Shown here: positions 10,059 through 19,208 of the stretch, piece by piece
How positions within the stretch are numbered: the first letter of the stretch is position 1
Layout of the letters: each line of letters starts with the position of its first letter
DNA from: an uncultured Pseudobdellovibrionaceae bacterium
GTDB taxonomy: Bacteria > Bdellovibrionota > Bdellovibrionia > Bdellovibrionales > JAGQZY01
DNA length: 64,000 nt
Direction: 5' to 3'
Assembly (NCBI GenBank): GCA_964588335.1
Contig: CAZPOV010000009.1
Span: 64,433 to 128,432 of the forward strand
Program-made: the position numbers and the translations under genes
The notes under the pieces: generated by a model
Database searches by the model: none
The model's input: only the letters and a program-made list of their open reading frames with translations
What the model was told of the DNA's origin: nothing

Positions 10059-10168
10059 GAAAAATTATCGATGCAATCCTCAGACAAAGCTTTCCTGAGG
10101 ATCAAATGCAAGACAGTGCAAAAAATCCTAAATCAAACCCGTTTCCCGGAAAAGGGACTTGGTACCTT
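9409..10168. mobile_element. RAYT unit bounded by 18-bp perfect inverted repeats
   Basis: AAGGTACCAAGTCCCTTT at 9409-9426 and its reverse complement AAAGGGACTTGGTACCTT at 10151-10168. Confidence 0.75.
9966..10166. repeat. copy 1 of a ~201-bp direct repeat (RAYT 5' end, upstream region and REP-like motif)
   Basis: ungapped alignment to 11334-11534, about 11 mismatches counted by eye. Confidence 0.92.
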
Positions 10169-10170
10169 GA

Positions 10171-10920
10171 TTATGGGTTGAATTCCTTGTTCATAACACA
10201 GGTAACTGGGTACTGATTGTCTACAAGATTGAATGTTGCATTATAATAATTCTCATCATAGACAGTGTCTAAATGAACAACCATTGCGCTTACATACAAG
10301 ACATTGTCTAATACACGTGAGTAATCAATCGTAAAATCATTACCAGATAGATTCAAAGTATTTTCGCCTGAACGCTTCCCCTCATGATGGTACAACTTAC
10401 CATCGATAGGATGGTAGCCCCCCGAGTTGATTTGCACAGAATTATCAATCGATGGGTCTCCTTTTGATCTCAAAATTAAACGATAATACTCATAATCATC
10501 AGTGCTTTCATCAGTGAAACAATACAAGAGAACTTCCTCGTCAGGCTCGGTGGCGTCATTGAGATCACTGCCGATGTACTCAAATATTGATCCATCATAA
10601 ACAATTATACCTCCATTGCGTTCAAGCACTAGAACTTCAGAGGTATTTAAGTCATTTGTTGAAACAGATTGGTCAGAGCAATCGATGGTCGACAATTTAA
10701 AGTTGCCAGTATTCACATCCTTCTCGATGTAAGATTCTAATGTGCTTTCACAACTTGAGTCGGGCGAATATTTGCCATAATAATTGTAGCCGGAAGAACT
10801 AATGATCTCTCCTGGGTTGTTTTGTGTACCTCCCTCAGCACTTTGAGATACTCCAGGGCCTGATCCCGATTTGCAAGAACAGATAAACAAAGCAATGAAT
10901 ACTAAAGTTGAAAGTCTCAT
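10171..10920 (-). CDS. orphan lipoprotein
   Basis: ATG at 10920 with GGAGGGG RBS; signal MRLSTLVFIALFICSC then G/S linker. Confidence 0.75.
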   Translation of the reverse strand: MRLSTLVFIALFICSCKSGSGPGVSQSAEGGTQNNPGEIISSSGYNYYGKYSPDSSCESTLESYIEKDVNTGNFKLSTIDCSDQSVSTNDLNTSEVLVLERNGGIIVYDGSIFEYIGSDLNDATEPDEEVLLYCFTDESTDDYEYYRLILRSKGDPSIDNSVQINSGGYHPIDGKLYHHEGKRSGENTLNLSGNDFTIDYSRVLDNVLYVSAMVVHLDTVYDENYYNATFNLVDNQYPVTCVMNKEFNP

Positions 10921-10944
10921 GTCCCCTCCATTTTCAATAAAAGA

Positions 10945-10960
10945 TGCAATCACAGTGCCA
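10945..10960 (-). promoter_or_regulatory. sigma54 promoter
   Basis: minus strand TGGCACTGTGATTGCA, exact match to TGGCAC-N5-TTGCA. Confidence 0.75.
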
Positions 10961-11333
10961 AGAGTGTCACCACAGCCTATTCAAACTCAGTGTTTCGTTA
11001 TGATAAAATGGCCCTATTTGAGATCATAAATTTTCTAATTTGTGTCCAATGAATCGACAAATCAACTTTATCTACAGGTTTTGATTTTAAACCGTCGAAA
11101 CTACAAGGTAATACCTGTACTTTTTATTTTGATAGAAGTGTTGAGTTCATCGACAGTGTCCAGGCTTTTAGCAATTTCAATTTAAATCAATAATCTTAAA
11201 TGTTTGCAACCTCAACTTCAATGTCGAAACGATGTTGTGTTAAAATCTGCCTTAACGAAAAGCTGTTACTCAGACACACCCTTGAAATTAAACAACAAAG
11301 ATTTCAAAATTAGAAAAGCGGACCGAGATGGGC

Positions 11334-11534
11334 AGGGAGCGGAAGATAAAAGAACTCCTTATTATTGGATCGATTGGTAATGTGGTAGGGAAACCCATCG
11401 GATTCAATCAGTGTCTTTCTAGAGATGAAAAATTATCGATGCAATCCTCAGACAAAGCTTTCCTGATGATCAAATACAAGACAGTGCAAAAAATCCTAAA
11501 TCAAACCCGTTCTCCGGAAAAGGGACTTGGTACC
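11334..11534 (-). pseudogene. truncated RAYT 5' fragment with REP-like end (copy 2 of the direct repeat)
   Basis: about 94% identical to 9966-10166; start codon ATG changed to ATC; ends in AAAGGGACTTGGTACC. Confidence 0.85.
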
Positions 11535-11583
11535 CTGCGAAGCTTTCGTTGATTTGAAGAGTAAATAAAGATTTAATCAAGGC

Positions 11584-11967
11584 ATGCTTCTATCCAAATT
11601 TAGATCAGAAATCTATATCTTGATACATGAGGACACGGTCCTCGCTAAGAATCTTAATAGCAAAGATAGGGTAAACCTTCCCGGAAAAGGAGCTTTTAAA
11701 CACCCCAGAAGTTTGGTGAGTGATTTTAAGCTGGCGGTAAGTGTAGTGAAAGATTGCATTGAAAAAGTTAATATAGGTAGTTTTGTGAAGCCCAAAGTAT
11801 TGTTGCATTGGAGCCCAGAGCTAGAAGGTGGATTTTCTCCTGTAGAGGCTCGCGTACTTTCTGAAATGGCAAGAGAGGCTGGTGCTCGGGAGGTTTACCT
11901 TCATACATCGTCTAACGAAATTTCCATAAATGATGTTAAGAGGGCTTTAAAAAAACATGCTAAATAA
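11584..11967 (+). CDS. small YjaA/MreB-subdomain-like protein
   Basis: FKHPRSLVSDF, KPKVLL, EGGFSPVEARVL.E...AGAREVYL resemble an MreB segment. Confidence 0.65.
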   Translation: MLLSKFRSEIYILIHEDTVLAKNLNSKDRVNLPGKGAFKHPRSLVSDFKLAVSVVKDCIEKVNIGSFVKPKVLLHWSPELEGGFSPVEARVLSEMAREAGAREVYLHTSSNEISINDVKRALKKHAK

Positions 11968-12135
11968 TGATTTGATGGTATTATTTTTGACTCTTACCAG
12001 TTTGCAGTCAGATAAAGTTTGTATCAGCCCTATATCACTTGGCCGATTTTAACTAGGAAGGTGGACTCATTTAGCCCGGGCTGGACATCCCGAGGCATCA
12101 TGTTCAGTTAGTATCTAAACCTAAAATTTCGTTAT

Positions 12136-12804
12136 CTACTGGAAAACGAGCTGTTCAACACCCATTGCGCAGCCGATATTTTCTTCGGCTGAAGTGAGAG
12201 AGTGTTTTATGTTTTTCATTAGCATTTTTTCGTTGAGAGCTGGCCCCATGTTAGAGAAAACATCGGCAGATACTTCAGCTTGAATGGCGTTATGCATTTG
12301 AAAAACAATTGTATCTTCGCCGTTGAGTTCAAACCCGTTTTCGATGGTTACAACGGAGGCACCACTATTTGCGGTTAGTTCAAGTTTGCCGTTTGATAGT
12401 TTAACATTGCCGTCAACTTGGGATGAAGCAATAACGGAAGTCCCAGTGATTCCAAATTGATTTGTGGACTCAGAAATTTCAATAAGCGTTCTGAATTGGT
12501 TTTTTGATAGAAAAAGATCAACAGATATAAAGCGACCATTGCCAAGCTCGATATTCGTGTTGATAGAGGCATTGACCGCCGCTGGAGTTTTGAGCCATTT
12601 GCTTCTGCCAGCATCATCACAATAAAGAACTTCAGAATAAAACTGAGAATAAAACTCATCTGGGGTTTTGCCATTGAAGGTAAAATTTGTGTTTGTGCCA
12701 TCGCCGCCATTTCCACCGCTGGCTGAATCGCCGCCTCCACTGCTACAGCCCAAAAGCGCTGAAGTAATTACAAAAACTGTCAATAAACTTAAAGACTTAC
12801 GCAT
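12136..12804 (-). CDS. orphan lipoprotein
   Basis: lipobox LLGC then Gly/Ser linker; GAGGA RBS before ATG 12804 (alternative start 12816). Confidence 0.75.
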   Translation of the reverse strand: MRKSLSLLTVFVITSALLGCSSGGGDSASGGNGGDGTNTNFTFNGKTPDEFYSQFYSEVLYCDDAGRSKWLKTPAAVNASINTNIELGNGRFISVDLFLSKNQFRTLIEISESTNQFGITGTSVIASSQVDGNVKLSNGKLELTANSGASVVTIENGFELNGEDTIVFQMHNAIQAEVSADVFSNMGPALNEKMLMKNIKHSLTSAEENIGCAMGVEQLVFQ

Positions 12805-12849
12805 CTGAATCCTCATACCTAGGTTTTAATGTTTGTGGAATATCATAGG

Positions 12850-12865
12850 TGCAATAAGTATTCCA
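12850..12865 (-). promoter_or_regulatory. putative sigma54 promoter
   Basis: minus strand TGGAATACTTATTGCA (GG-N10-GC). Confidence 0.55.
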
Positions 12866-12999
12866 GTGTTGAAAATCTTTTCCTTGATTTAAAAGTAGTG
12901 CAGCAGGCTATCTTCAGAGGAAATTCGATGATTTCCTCCACACATTTCAATGGACGCAGACAGGTGTGTCCTTTAAAAAAATGCTACTTAGGTAGCTTG

Positions 13000-13656
13000 T
13001 TAAATTTTATTGAGTTCCGTCAGTTCTTCGCGCTTTTTGTTTCGATTATAGTCTTCCGTTTTTTCAACATCGATAGACATTACGAAATAGACTCCAATAC
13101 TATCTCCTCGGAAGGGTTGTCCAGATGTGGCTTCGCTATAGGTGATCGAAGTGTATCTTATTCCTGTTGATAGATGACCACTAGGAACGTTGCTGTATCT
13201 CTCAATGGAGAGCGTATACCCAAAGGTGGCTTTAAATCTGAAGTCATTCTTCACTCCAGATCTTTCAGAGTCTAAGCTGTTGGAGAATCGGTAGGTTAAG
13301 CCGTAGCCTATTTTGAATTGATTGCGGCGGTTCACATAAAAATATTCAAGGTTTAATGGGATGCTTGTCCAGGTTGAAAGCCTATCTTCGCCGCCTTGGC
13401 TTTCTGCGGCATTGAGTCCCAAGTGAATTCGGGCTTCATAGGAATGGGGCTCGTTATCGACGATATCAAGCTTCGCACCTAAGGAGAAATAAATACCTGT
13501 ACCCGCCGATAAAGACTCCACAGGTTTGCCAGAGATTTGCGATATTTTTTCACCCCCCAATTCTCCACCAAGAGTCATTAATGGCGAGGCGGCAAAGGCC
13601 GAAGCCAAACGGGGAATGACTGAAAATGCAAAAATAAATACAATTGTTTTTAACAA
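13000..13656 (-). CDS. putative small outer-membrane beta-barrel protein
   Basis: signal peptide; alternating aromatic/Gly strands (SIPLNLEYFY, KIGYGLTY, TGIRYTSITY). Confidence 0.6.
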   Translation of the reverse strand: MLKTIVFIFAFSVIPRLASAFAASPLMTLGGELGGEKISQISGKPVESLSAGTGIYFSLGAKLDIVDNEPHSYEARIHLGLNAAESQGGEDRLSTWTSIPLNLEYFYVNRRNQFKIGYGLTYRFSNSLDSERSGVKNDFRFKATFGYTLSIERYSNVPSGHLSTGIRYTSITYSEATSGQPFRGDSIGVYFVMSIDVEKTEDYNRNKKREELTELNKI

Positions 13657-13657
13657 T

Positions 13658-14347
13658 CTACTGACCTTTAATCATATTCACAACTTGCTGCTTAAGATCA
13701 GTTAAGGCAGCTTGTTTCGCTTCCGATGCGATTTCCTTATCCGTTTTCCCAAAAGCCGGAGCATAGGTCTCAGAGGCTTGGCCTTCCGTTTCTGCGGTCA
13801 GGTAAAGGAATTCATTGCGAACGTCCCACATAGTGGCAGAGGCCACAAACAGGCCATCGACTTGAGAGCCATTGACAAAAAAGGTGGGAAGAATAAAAGC
13901 ATACGTCCAACTCCAATTGTTGGCATAGCGATCGATATCAGAGATTCCACTGATAATTAAAAGCGCATCGGCTCCATGCCGGGCGGCTGCCAACCTTAGA
14001 CCTTTTAAATCTTCCGATCCGACAGCGGAGCCGACAAGAGGGAAGACTTTAGAAACAATTTTTTGAACTTGCAGACTTTTAGTCGCTGAAAATATGAGGT
14101 CCTTGTCTTCCTGAGTCCAAAGCCATTTAGGCATAGTTGTTCCATAGTGCTCGGGTTCAGAGAAGTAAATGGCTATTTTAAAAGGCTTTGGCAGATTCGG
14201 CTTCTTCTTTAGTGCCTTGGCAATGTCGGCATCGGTCGTTACCGGTTTAGAAATCCCTACCTGTTGCTTTAATTCCCCTCTGTTAAAACCTTTGCTCGAG
14301 CATCCACCAATAACCAGCGCCGCTGAAACTATAATCAGAAACCTCAT
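13658..14347 (-). CDS. lipoprotein (rhombotarget-lipoprotein-like)
   Basis: lipobox IGGC; PKPFKIAIYF, LRLAAARHGADALLI, MWDVRNEFLY. Confidence 0.65.
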   Translation of the reverse strand: MRFLIIVSAALVIGGCSSKGFNRGELKQQVGISKPVTTDADIAKALKKKPNLPKPFKIAIYFSEPEHYGTTMPKWLWTQEDKDLIFSATKSLQVQKIVSKVFPLVGSAVGSEDLKGLRLAAARHGADALLIISGISDIDRYANNWSWTYAFILPTFFVNGSQVDGLFVASATMWDVRNEFLYLTAETEGQASETYAPAFGKTDKEIASEAKQAALTDLKQQVVNMIKGQ

Positions 14348-14484
14348 AATCACCTCATTTTTTTAATAAGTATTAAAGTGTATTTAAACTAGGTCAATAG
14401 AAGCCGCTTTTGAATTGTTTGAAAATGGGGTGCACCGAAAACTGACTGAATGGATGAGATTTACATGATCTTGATAGGATATGC

Positions 14485-14784
14485 TTAATTCGTTGGTAAT
14501 TTTTTTGATGGAGTTTTCAGGGTGCACTTTTTTTCGATGCAAAGAGCTTTGGTTTCTGCGCATTGAACTCTCATCGTATGGCACTTTTCATCACTCGGTT
14601 GTTGGAGCTTTTCGGCAAAGTCTTTGTGGACAGCGAGATCGGTCCCGCAGCATCCGCCTCGGCCAATAACAACACAATCTGAATCTTGTGAGCAGGCCAA
14701 GGAGTTGGGCGTGACATGGGGCTTGCAGGAGGCCAGGAATGCTGTAAATAAGACGACTCTGGTAATTAAAAAGACTCGCGGCAT
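14485..14784 (-). CDS. small Cys-rich lipoprotein
   Basis: lipobox LASC; CSQDSDC..GCCG plus four further Cys. Confidence 0.65.
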   Translation of the reverse strand: MPRVFLITRVVLFTAFLASCKPHVTPNSLACSQDSDCVVIGRGGCCGTDLAVHKDFAEKLQQPSDEKCHTMRVQCAETKALCIEKKCTLKTPSKKLPTN

Positions 14785-14832
14785 GAGCTCACCCTAAAAA
14801 ATTCTGAAAGAGGTTTCAAGCAGATATTGAGC

Positions 14833-15075
14833 TTAGCGGTCAGGGGAGTGATCGGGGTGGTTGCGGAGTTGATGAAATAAATACTCGAGTCCGTTCAATT
14901 TGACCTCGTAGAGAATGGCTAAAAGACGTCCCAATTCACCCTTCGGATAGCCCTTGTTGTTGAACCAGTTGACATAGGATTCGGGCAGATCCACGAGAAC
15001 CCACCCTGCATAACGCCCAAAGGGCATTTTGTAGTTTGCTAGTTTTATAAGATCATCCGAACTTTCAATCATCAC
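14833..15075 (-). CDS. DUF3820 family protein
   Basis: MPFGRY.G..LVDLPESY..WF..KGYPKGELG..L...YEVKLNGLE. Confidence 0.85.
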   Translation of the reverse strand: MMIESSDDLIKLANYKMPFGRYAGWVLVDLPESYVNWFNNKGYPKGELGRLLAILYEVKLNGLEYLFHQLRNHPDHSPDR

Positions 15076-15304
15076 AATATGTTACCTACACCTTCCTTTA
15101 TTAGGCAACTTCTGGTGAAGCCTCTTCATTGAAAGGCTGTTCCCAGGCCCGATAATTCAGTTAGGGTTGATTCGTCCATTGGGTGGGTGACGAGAATTGA
15201 AATGGAAATAACGATAAAAATTTTTCAACAAATTGAACATAATAAAGCGACCTAATGATTTGTCTTCAATTTGAATGCCGACTCGCAAGGTTCTGTGATA
15301 GGCA

Positions 15305-16600
15305 TTGCTGATGATCTATAAAGTACTCGTCTTTTTACTGTTTTGGCCGTCTGTTTTATGGGCGAATTTCCTTGCTGAGGGGACCTCCTATGGAGGGGCC
15401 TTTAAAGCTCAAGAAACCATACCCTTTTACCAGTGGGTGACAGGATACGAAACCTGTTCCACTGAGATTGAAGGTCTTAAGGACATTGTCGATCAATACG
15501 AGGCGCATTTTTTTAAACAGCAGTACGAAGCCGCCGAAGGAAGTTTTGTACAGATTCAGAAGAGATTAAAAAGTTCTTCATGCTCTGACACTCTTTGGAA
15601 CGCCTACCTTGTGATGTTGGCCGGACTGTCTTCGGGCAGTTATTCAATCATCGATGAGCCCAATAATGACCGACAAGTTGATTATGGAAATGAGAATCAA
15701 GTTCTCGTTCTGTATCTTGTTAACAAAGGCGTAATCAAGCCTCTGACTCTCGATAAACGAGAACAGTTGCAAAAATCAAATGATTCGAAGATGTGGACGG
15801 CTGAATTGTCTGGAAGCTACCAAATTACCGGTTTTTATGATTGTTTGAAAAGCCGTGTTTATTTGGGTTCAGATCTTAGGCCTTATAACCTTTTAGCCTC
15901 ATTGCGCCACGAGATCGACCACCTTTATCGTGATAAGTTTGTCGACTTAGAAAGCTTCGCCAATCAAATTTCTGTCGACTCAGACAGTTCAATGAAGTCC
16001 TACATTTCCCATGATGAGCTTTTTGCTTCAGCCATTGGAGGATTTTTACAGCGAAGAATTCTGCAAAAGCAAAAACTAGAGGCCGGCTACCATCAAAGTT
16101 CGCATGGAGATTTTGATTTTTTTTCACCCACTGGAAGTCTTAATGATATTTACTCAGACTCCCAACGACTCCCATTTTTCGTTAACTTTCTTTGGCCCGT
16201 TGATGTGTTTGGAGCCAAAGGACAGGAGACAGGCAACAAAATTTTTGATCTTTTCCGATACGTTCGCCAAGGTTATTTTGCGAGCTCCTCTGCAAATGGT
16301 GGCGAAAACAGTTTCAGTCTCACAGTTTCATTTCAGACTTATCCCCAAAATTTAGAGTGGGGATTTCTAGTTCCACTGCGCTATAGCGTTCTCAGTGCTG
16401 AACCCGATGAAGTGATCCAGACTGTGAAAGCGAGCTTCGATGTTTGGCCGCAGAAGTTAGAGGCGCCCTCACAGAGCTGTTTACAGATGGTTCAAGAGCA
16501 AGAGGCTGGCGGGCTGGACGACTATTTGGGAACTCAAATGGCGTCCGGTGGTAAGGGTGGTAACGGCGGGATCCGCCCCTGTTTGAAATTAAGTCTTTAA
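15305..16600 (+). CDS. secreted protein with HExxH motif (possible zinc metallopeptidase)
   Basis: signal peptide; LRHEIDH with downstream DELFA. Confidence 0.55.
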   Translation: MLMIYKVLVFLLFWPSVLWANFLAEGTSYGGAFKAQETIPFYQWVTGYETCSTEIEGLKDIVDQYEAHFFKQQYEAAEGSFVQIQKRLKSSSCSDTLWNAYLVMLAGLSSGSYSIIDEPNNDRQVDYGNENQVLVLYLVNKGVIKPLTLDKREQLQKSNDSKMWTAELSGSYQITGFYDCLKSRVYLGSDLRPYNLLASLRHEIDHLYRDKFVDLESFANQISVDSDSSMKSYISHDELFASAIGGFLQRRILQKQKLEAGYHQSSHGDFDFFSPTGSLNDIYSDSQRLPFFVNFLWPVDVFGAKGQETGNKIFDLFRYVRQGYFASSSANGGENSFSLTVSFQTYPQNLEWGFLVPLRYSVLSAEPDEVIQTVKASFDVWPQKLEAPSQSCLQMVQEQEAGGLDDYLGTQMASGGKGGNGGIRPCLKLSL

Positions 16601-16658
16601 AGTCTATGGCTGAAGCTATAGTGTTTTTGGTGAGCCCACATTTTAGTGAATTAAAACT

Positions 16659-16679
16659 TAGGCGGACCAGAGCCGCCTA
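16659..16679. terminator. hairpin, probable terminator
   Basis: TAGGCGG-ACCAGAG-CCGCCTA downstream of 16600; no strong U-tract. Confidence 0.4.
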
Positions 16680-16780
16680 TTAGGATGTCTGACCATCGGT
16701 TTTTCATTTCTAAGTCTATAATAGGATTTTTCTGTTTAGTTTTATGGCAAAGCGAGTTAATGTCGGGCTTCTTTCTATAG

Positions 16781-17080
16781 GTGGTCGAAGTGAAGAAGAC
16801 GTTTTCTGTGAATGTGGCCAATAAAAAGCCCGCGCGCCAAGTGGACGCTATCAAATTTGAAATCAAAAAATACATTGCCCGCGAACGTCGGCGTGATTTA
16901 CCAGAAAACTTCGATTTTTGGGACTTTAACTGTAAGATCGGTCCGGATGAGAGCTCTGTAGAAGACGTCCACGTCACCAAAATTAATTCAATGATCGATC
17001 AGCTGGTGGATCAAGGCCATGAAAGCTTCTTTCTGATTGTTGCAGCTAAGCCGCGCAAACGGCAAAAGAAAAAGTCATAG
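16781..17080 (+). CDS. DUF6172-like protein
   Basis: KKTF..., IKKYIARERRRDLPE.FDFWDFNCKIG. Confidence 0.75.
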   Translation: MVEVKKTFSVNVANKKPARQVDAIKFEIKKYIARERRRDLPENFDFWDFNCKIGPDESSVEDVHVTKINSMIDQLVDQGHESFFLIVAAKPRKRQKKKS

Positions 17081-17576
17081 GATCTCAGCCTTGCAACGTT
17101 TGACCTGTGTGATTTGTAATAGAAATAAAACCGCCCTGCGCTGCGAATCCTGCGGGGATCCCAGCTGTAAAACCTGCGTTCATTTCGTGGATGAAGACCA
17201 CTTTGAGATGATTGAGATGCTGCCCGATGATCTGAAGAACAAAACCTTCTGCACCAATTGTTACAATCAAGGTGTTGGGGATCGAATCACGGGCTATTTC
17301 GAAGTGGTCGAAAAGGCCAAAAAAGTGGACGTGTTCAGTAAAACCCAGACCAAGGAAACTCGCAGAATCAAAAGAACCCAGCCTGCCATTCGCGTTGATG
17401 ACTGTAATGACCGCGAGGAGGCTCTAATGAAGCTTGCCTTCCTGGCGGCGGAAAAAGGTTTTGATACCATCGTGGATGTCGATCTTAAGTCAAAAAAAGT
17501 GGGAGAAGGTAAAACCTATAAAAAACTGGTGTGGACAGCTGTGGGGATTCCCGTCGATCCCACTCTTCGAAAATAA
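17037..17576 (+). CDS. hypothetical zinc-finger protein (start uncertain)
   Basis: four CxxC pairs then EEALMKLAFLAAEKGFDTIVDV (YbjQ-like tail). Confidence 0.65.
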   Translation: MLQLSRANGKRKSHRISALQRLTCVICNRNKTALRCESCGDPSCKTCVHFVDEDHFEMIEMLPDDLKNKTFCTNCYNQGVGDRITGYFEVVEKAKKVDVFSKTQTKETRRIKRTQPAIRVDDCNDREEALMKLAFLAAEKGFDTIVDVDLKSKKVGEGKTYKKLVWTAVGIPVDPTLRK

Positions 17577-17579
17577 GAG

Positions 17580-19076
17580 TTAACGACGGCCTCTGGACCC
17601 ACTATTTTTCTTCTTAAAACTTCTGCGTGAATTTTTTCCGGCGCCAGAACCACTGCCAGTTTTCTTTTTCGAAGTACCAGAACCACTGTTTGTTTTCTTT
17701 TTTGACCTTCCTGAGCCACTAGCCTTTTTCTTATTAGACTGCCCAGACTCGCTATCGGTTCTCTTTTTTGGCTTTCCCGAAAAACGTCTTTTTTTGCCGC
17801 CCGGTCCAGATTTCTTTTTGCCGCCTGATTTCTTGGTGTTTTTTCTAAAGGTTTTGCGGCCTTCTTGTTTGCGTTCGTTTTCAAGCTTTCGTTTTGCCTT
17901 TCCAACCTTCACCGTTGTCGCTTGGCGCGCCTCTTCACAGTGATAGGGTTGGTCGATATCGACAGGGATTTCTTGGTCCGTGGTTTTCTCAATATTGACG
18001 AGGTAAGACTTCTCGTCCGCCGTTACTAAAGAAATCGCAGCTCCGTCGGCTCCCGCACGGGCGGTGCGACCGATCCGGTGAACGTAGCTTTCGGCCACGT
18101 TAGACAGCTCGTAATTGATGATGTGAGTGATTCCATCGATATCGATGCCTCGCGACGCAATATCAGTGGCCACCATCACGCCCACCTTGCCATCGGTAAA
18201 ATCTTTGATGGCCTGTTGACGGGCGTTCTGGGATTTGTTGCCGTGAATAGCCACAGCGCGGATGCCGTTTTTCTCTAATTTTTCAGTCACTCGATTGGCA
18301 ACATACTTCATTTCCACAAACACCAATGTCTTTTGTTTCTTTTGACCTTGGAGCAGATGAATCAGCAAGTTCAATTTGTCTTTTTTATCGACATACATCA
18401 CGGACTGATCAATGCGACTGACGGTTGTTGCCGGAGGTGTCACTTCAACTGTTTTTGGATTTTGCAAAATGGTATTGGCAAGCTTTTCAATTTCAGTGGG
18501 CATGGTGGCCGAGAAAAACAGGTTGTGACGTTTCTTGGGAAGAAGCGGAAGAATTTTTTTAATATCCTTCATAAAACCCATATCGAGCATACGGTCGGCT
18601 TCATCAAGGACAAAGACTTCAACACTATCGAGCTTTAAAAAACCTTGGTTGATCAGATCAAGCAGTCGCCCAGGAGTGGCGACTAAAACATCCACACCCT
18701 TTTTAAGCTCGTTGACTTGTTTTCCTTGCTTTACGCCGCCAAAAATAACCGAATACTTTTGTTGAGTGTTCTGCCCATACTCTTTTAAATTCTGATGAAT
18801 TTGGATCGCCAGTTCCCGAGTCGGAGTTAAAATAAGAGCGCGGGGACTTTTGGGAGCTCGTTTGGCCATGTTCACCAACAGGTGATTCACCATCGGTAAG
18901 CAGAAAGCGGCGGTTTTGCCGGTGCCGGTTTGCGCGATCCCAAGCACGTCGTGACCATCCAAAACATAGGGAATGGTTTGTTGTTGAATTGGAGTTGGGG
19001 TTTCATAGCCAACGGTTTTCAAAGCGTCCTGGATAGGGTCGGCCAGCTTTAAGTCAGAAAAATTAAGTGTTTTCAC
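17580..19076 (-). CDS. rhlE: DEAD-box RNA helicase (RhlE-like)
   Basis: AQTGTGKT, PTRELA, TPGRLLD, DEAD, SAT, HRIGRTAR; basic K/G/S-rich tail. Confidence 0.92.
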   Translation of the reverse strand: MKTLNFSDLKLADPIQDALKTVGYETPTPIQQQTIPYVLDGHDVLGIAQTGTGKTAAFCLPMVNHLLVNMAKRAPKSPRALILTPTRELAIQIHQNLKEYGQNTQQKYSVIFGGVKQGKQVNELKKGVDVLVATPGRLLDLINQGFLKLDSVEVFVLDEADRMLDMGFMKDIKKILPLLPKKRHNLFFSATMPTEIEKLANTILQNPKTVEVTPPATTVSRIDQSVMYVDKKDKLNLLIHLLQGQKKQKTLVFVEMKYVANRVTEKLEKNGIRAVAIHGNKSQNARQQAIKDFTDGKVGVMVATDIASRGIDIDGITHIINYELSNVAESYVHRIGRTARAGADGAAISLVTADEKSYLVNIEKTTDQEIPVDIDQPYHCEEARQATTVKVGKAKRKLENERKQEGRKTFRKNTKKSGGKKKSGPGGKKRRFSGKPKKRTDSESGQSNKKKASGSGRSKKKTNSGSGTSKKKTGSGSGAGKNSRRSFKKKNSGSRGRR

Positions 19077-19208
19077 AGGGAACCAATCGATAAATCATGA
19101 GTAAAATTTGCAGTAGTCCTACCTTGAATCAAAGGTGGCGTCCACCAGGATTTAGACACAGGAATACTTTGCAAAGCCTAAAAGCCGCAGGTAGGTTCTG
19201 ATACCTCT

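Noticed and set aside
10072-10090. TTGCA box upstream of RAYT as a sigma54 promoter
   Set aside because: The -24 position lacks the required GG.
9912-11552. Two similar plus-strand ORFs (9912-10181, 11328-11552) that look like paralogues
   Set aside because: Antisense readings of the duplicated RAYT 5' end; the similarity is explained by the DNA repeat.
17580-17900. Low-complexity quasi-repeats
   Set aside because: Encode the K/G/S-rich tail typical of RhlE helicases.
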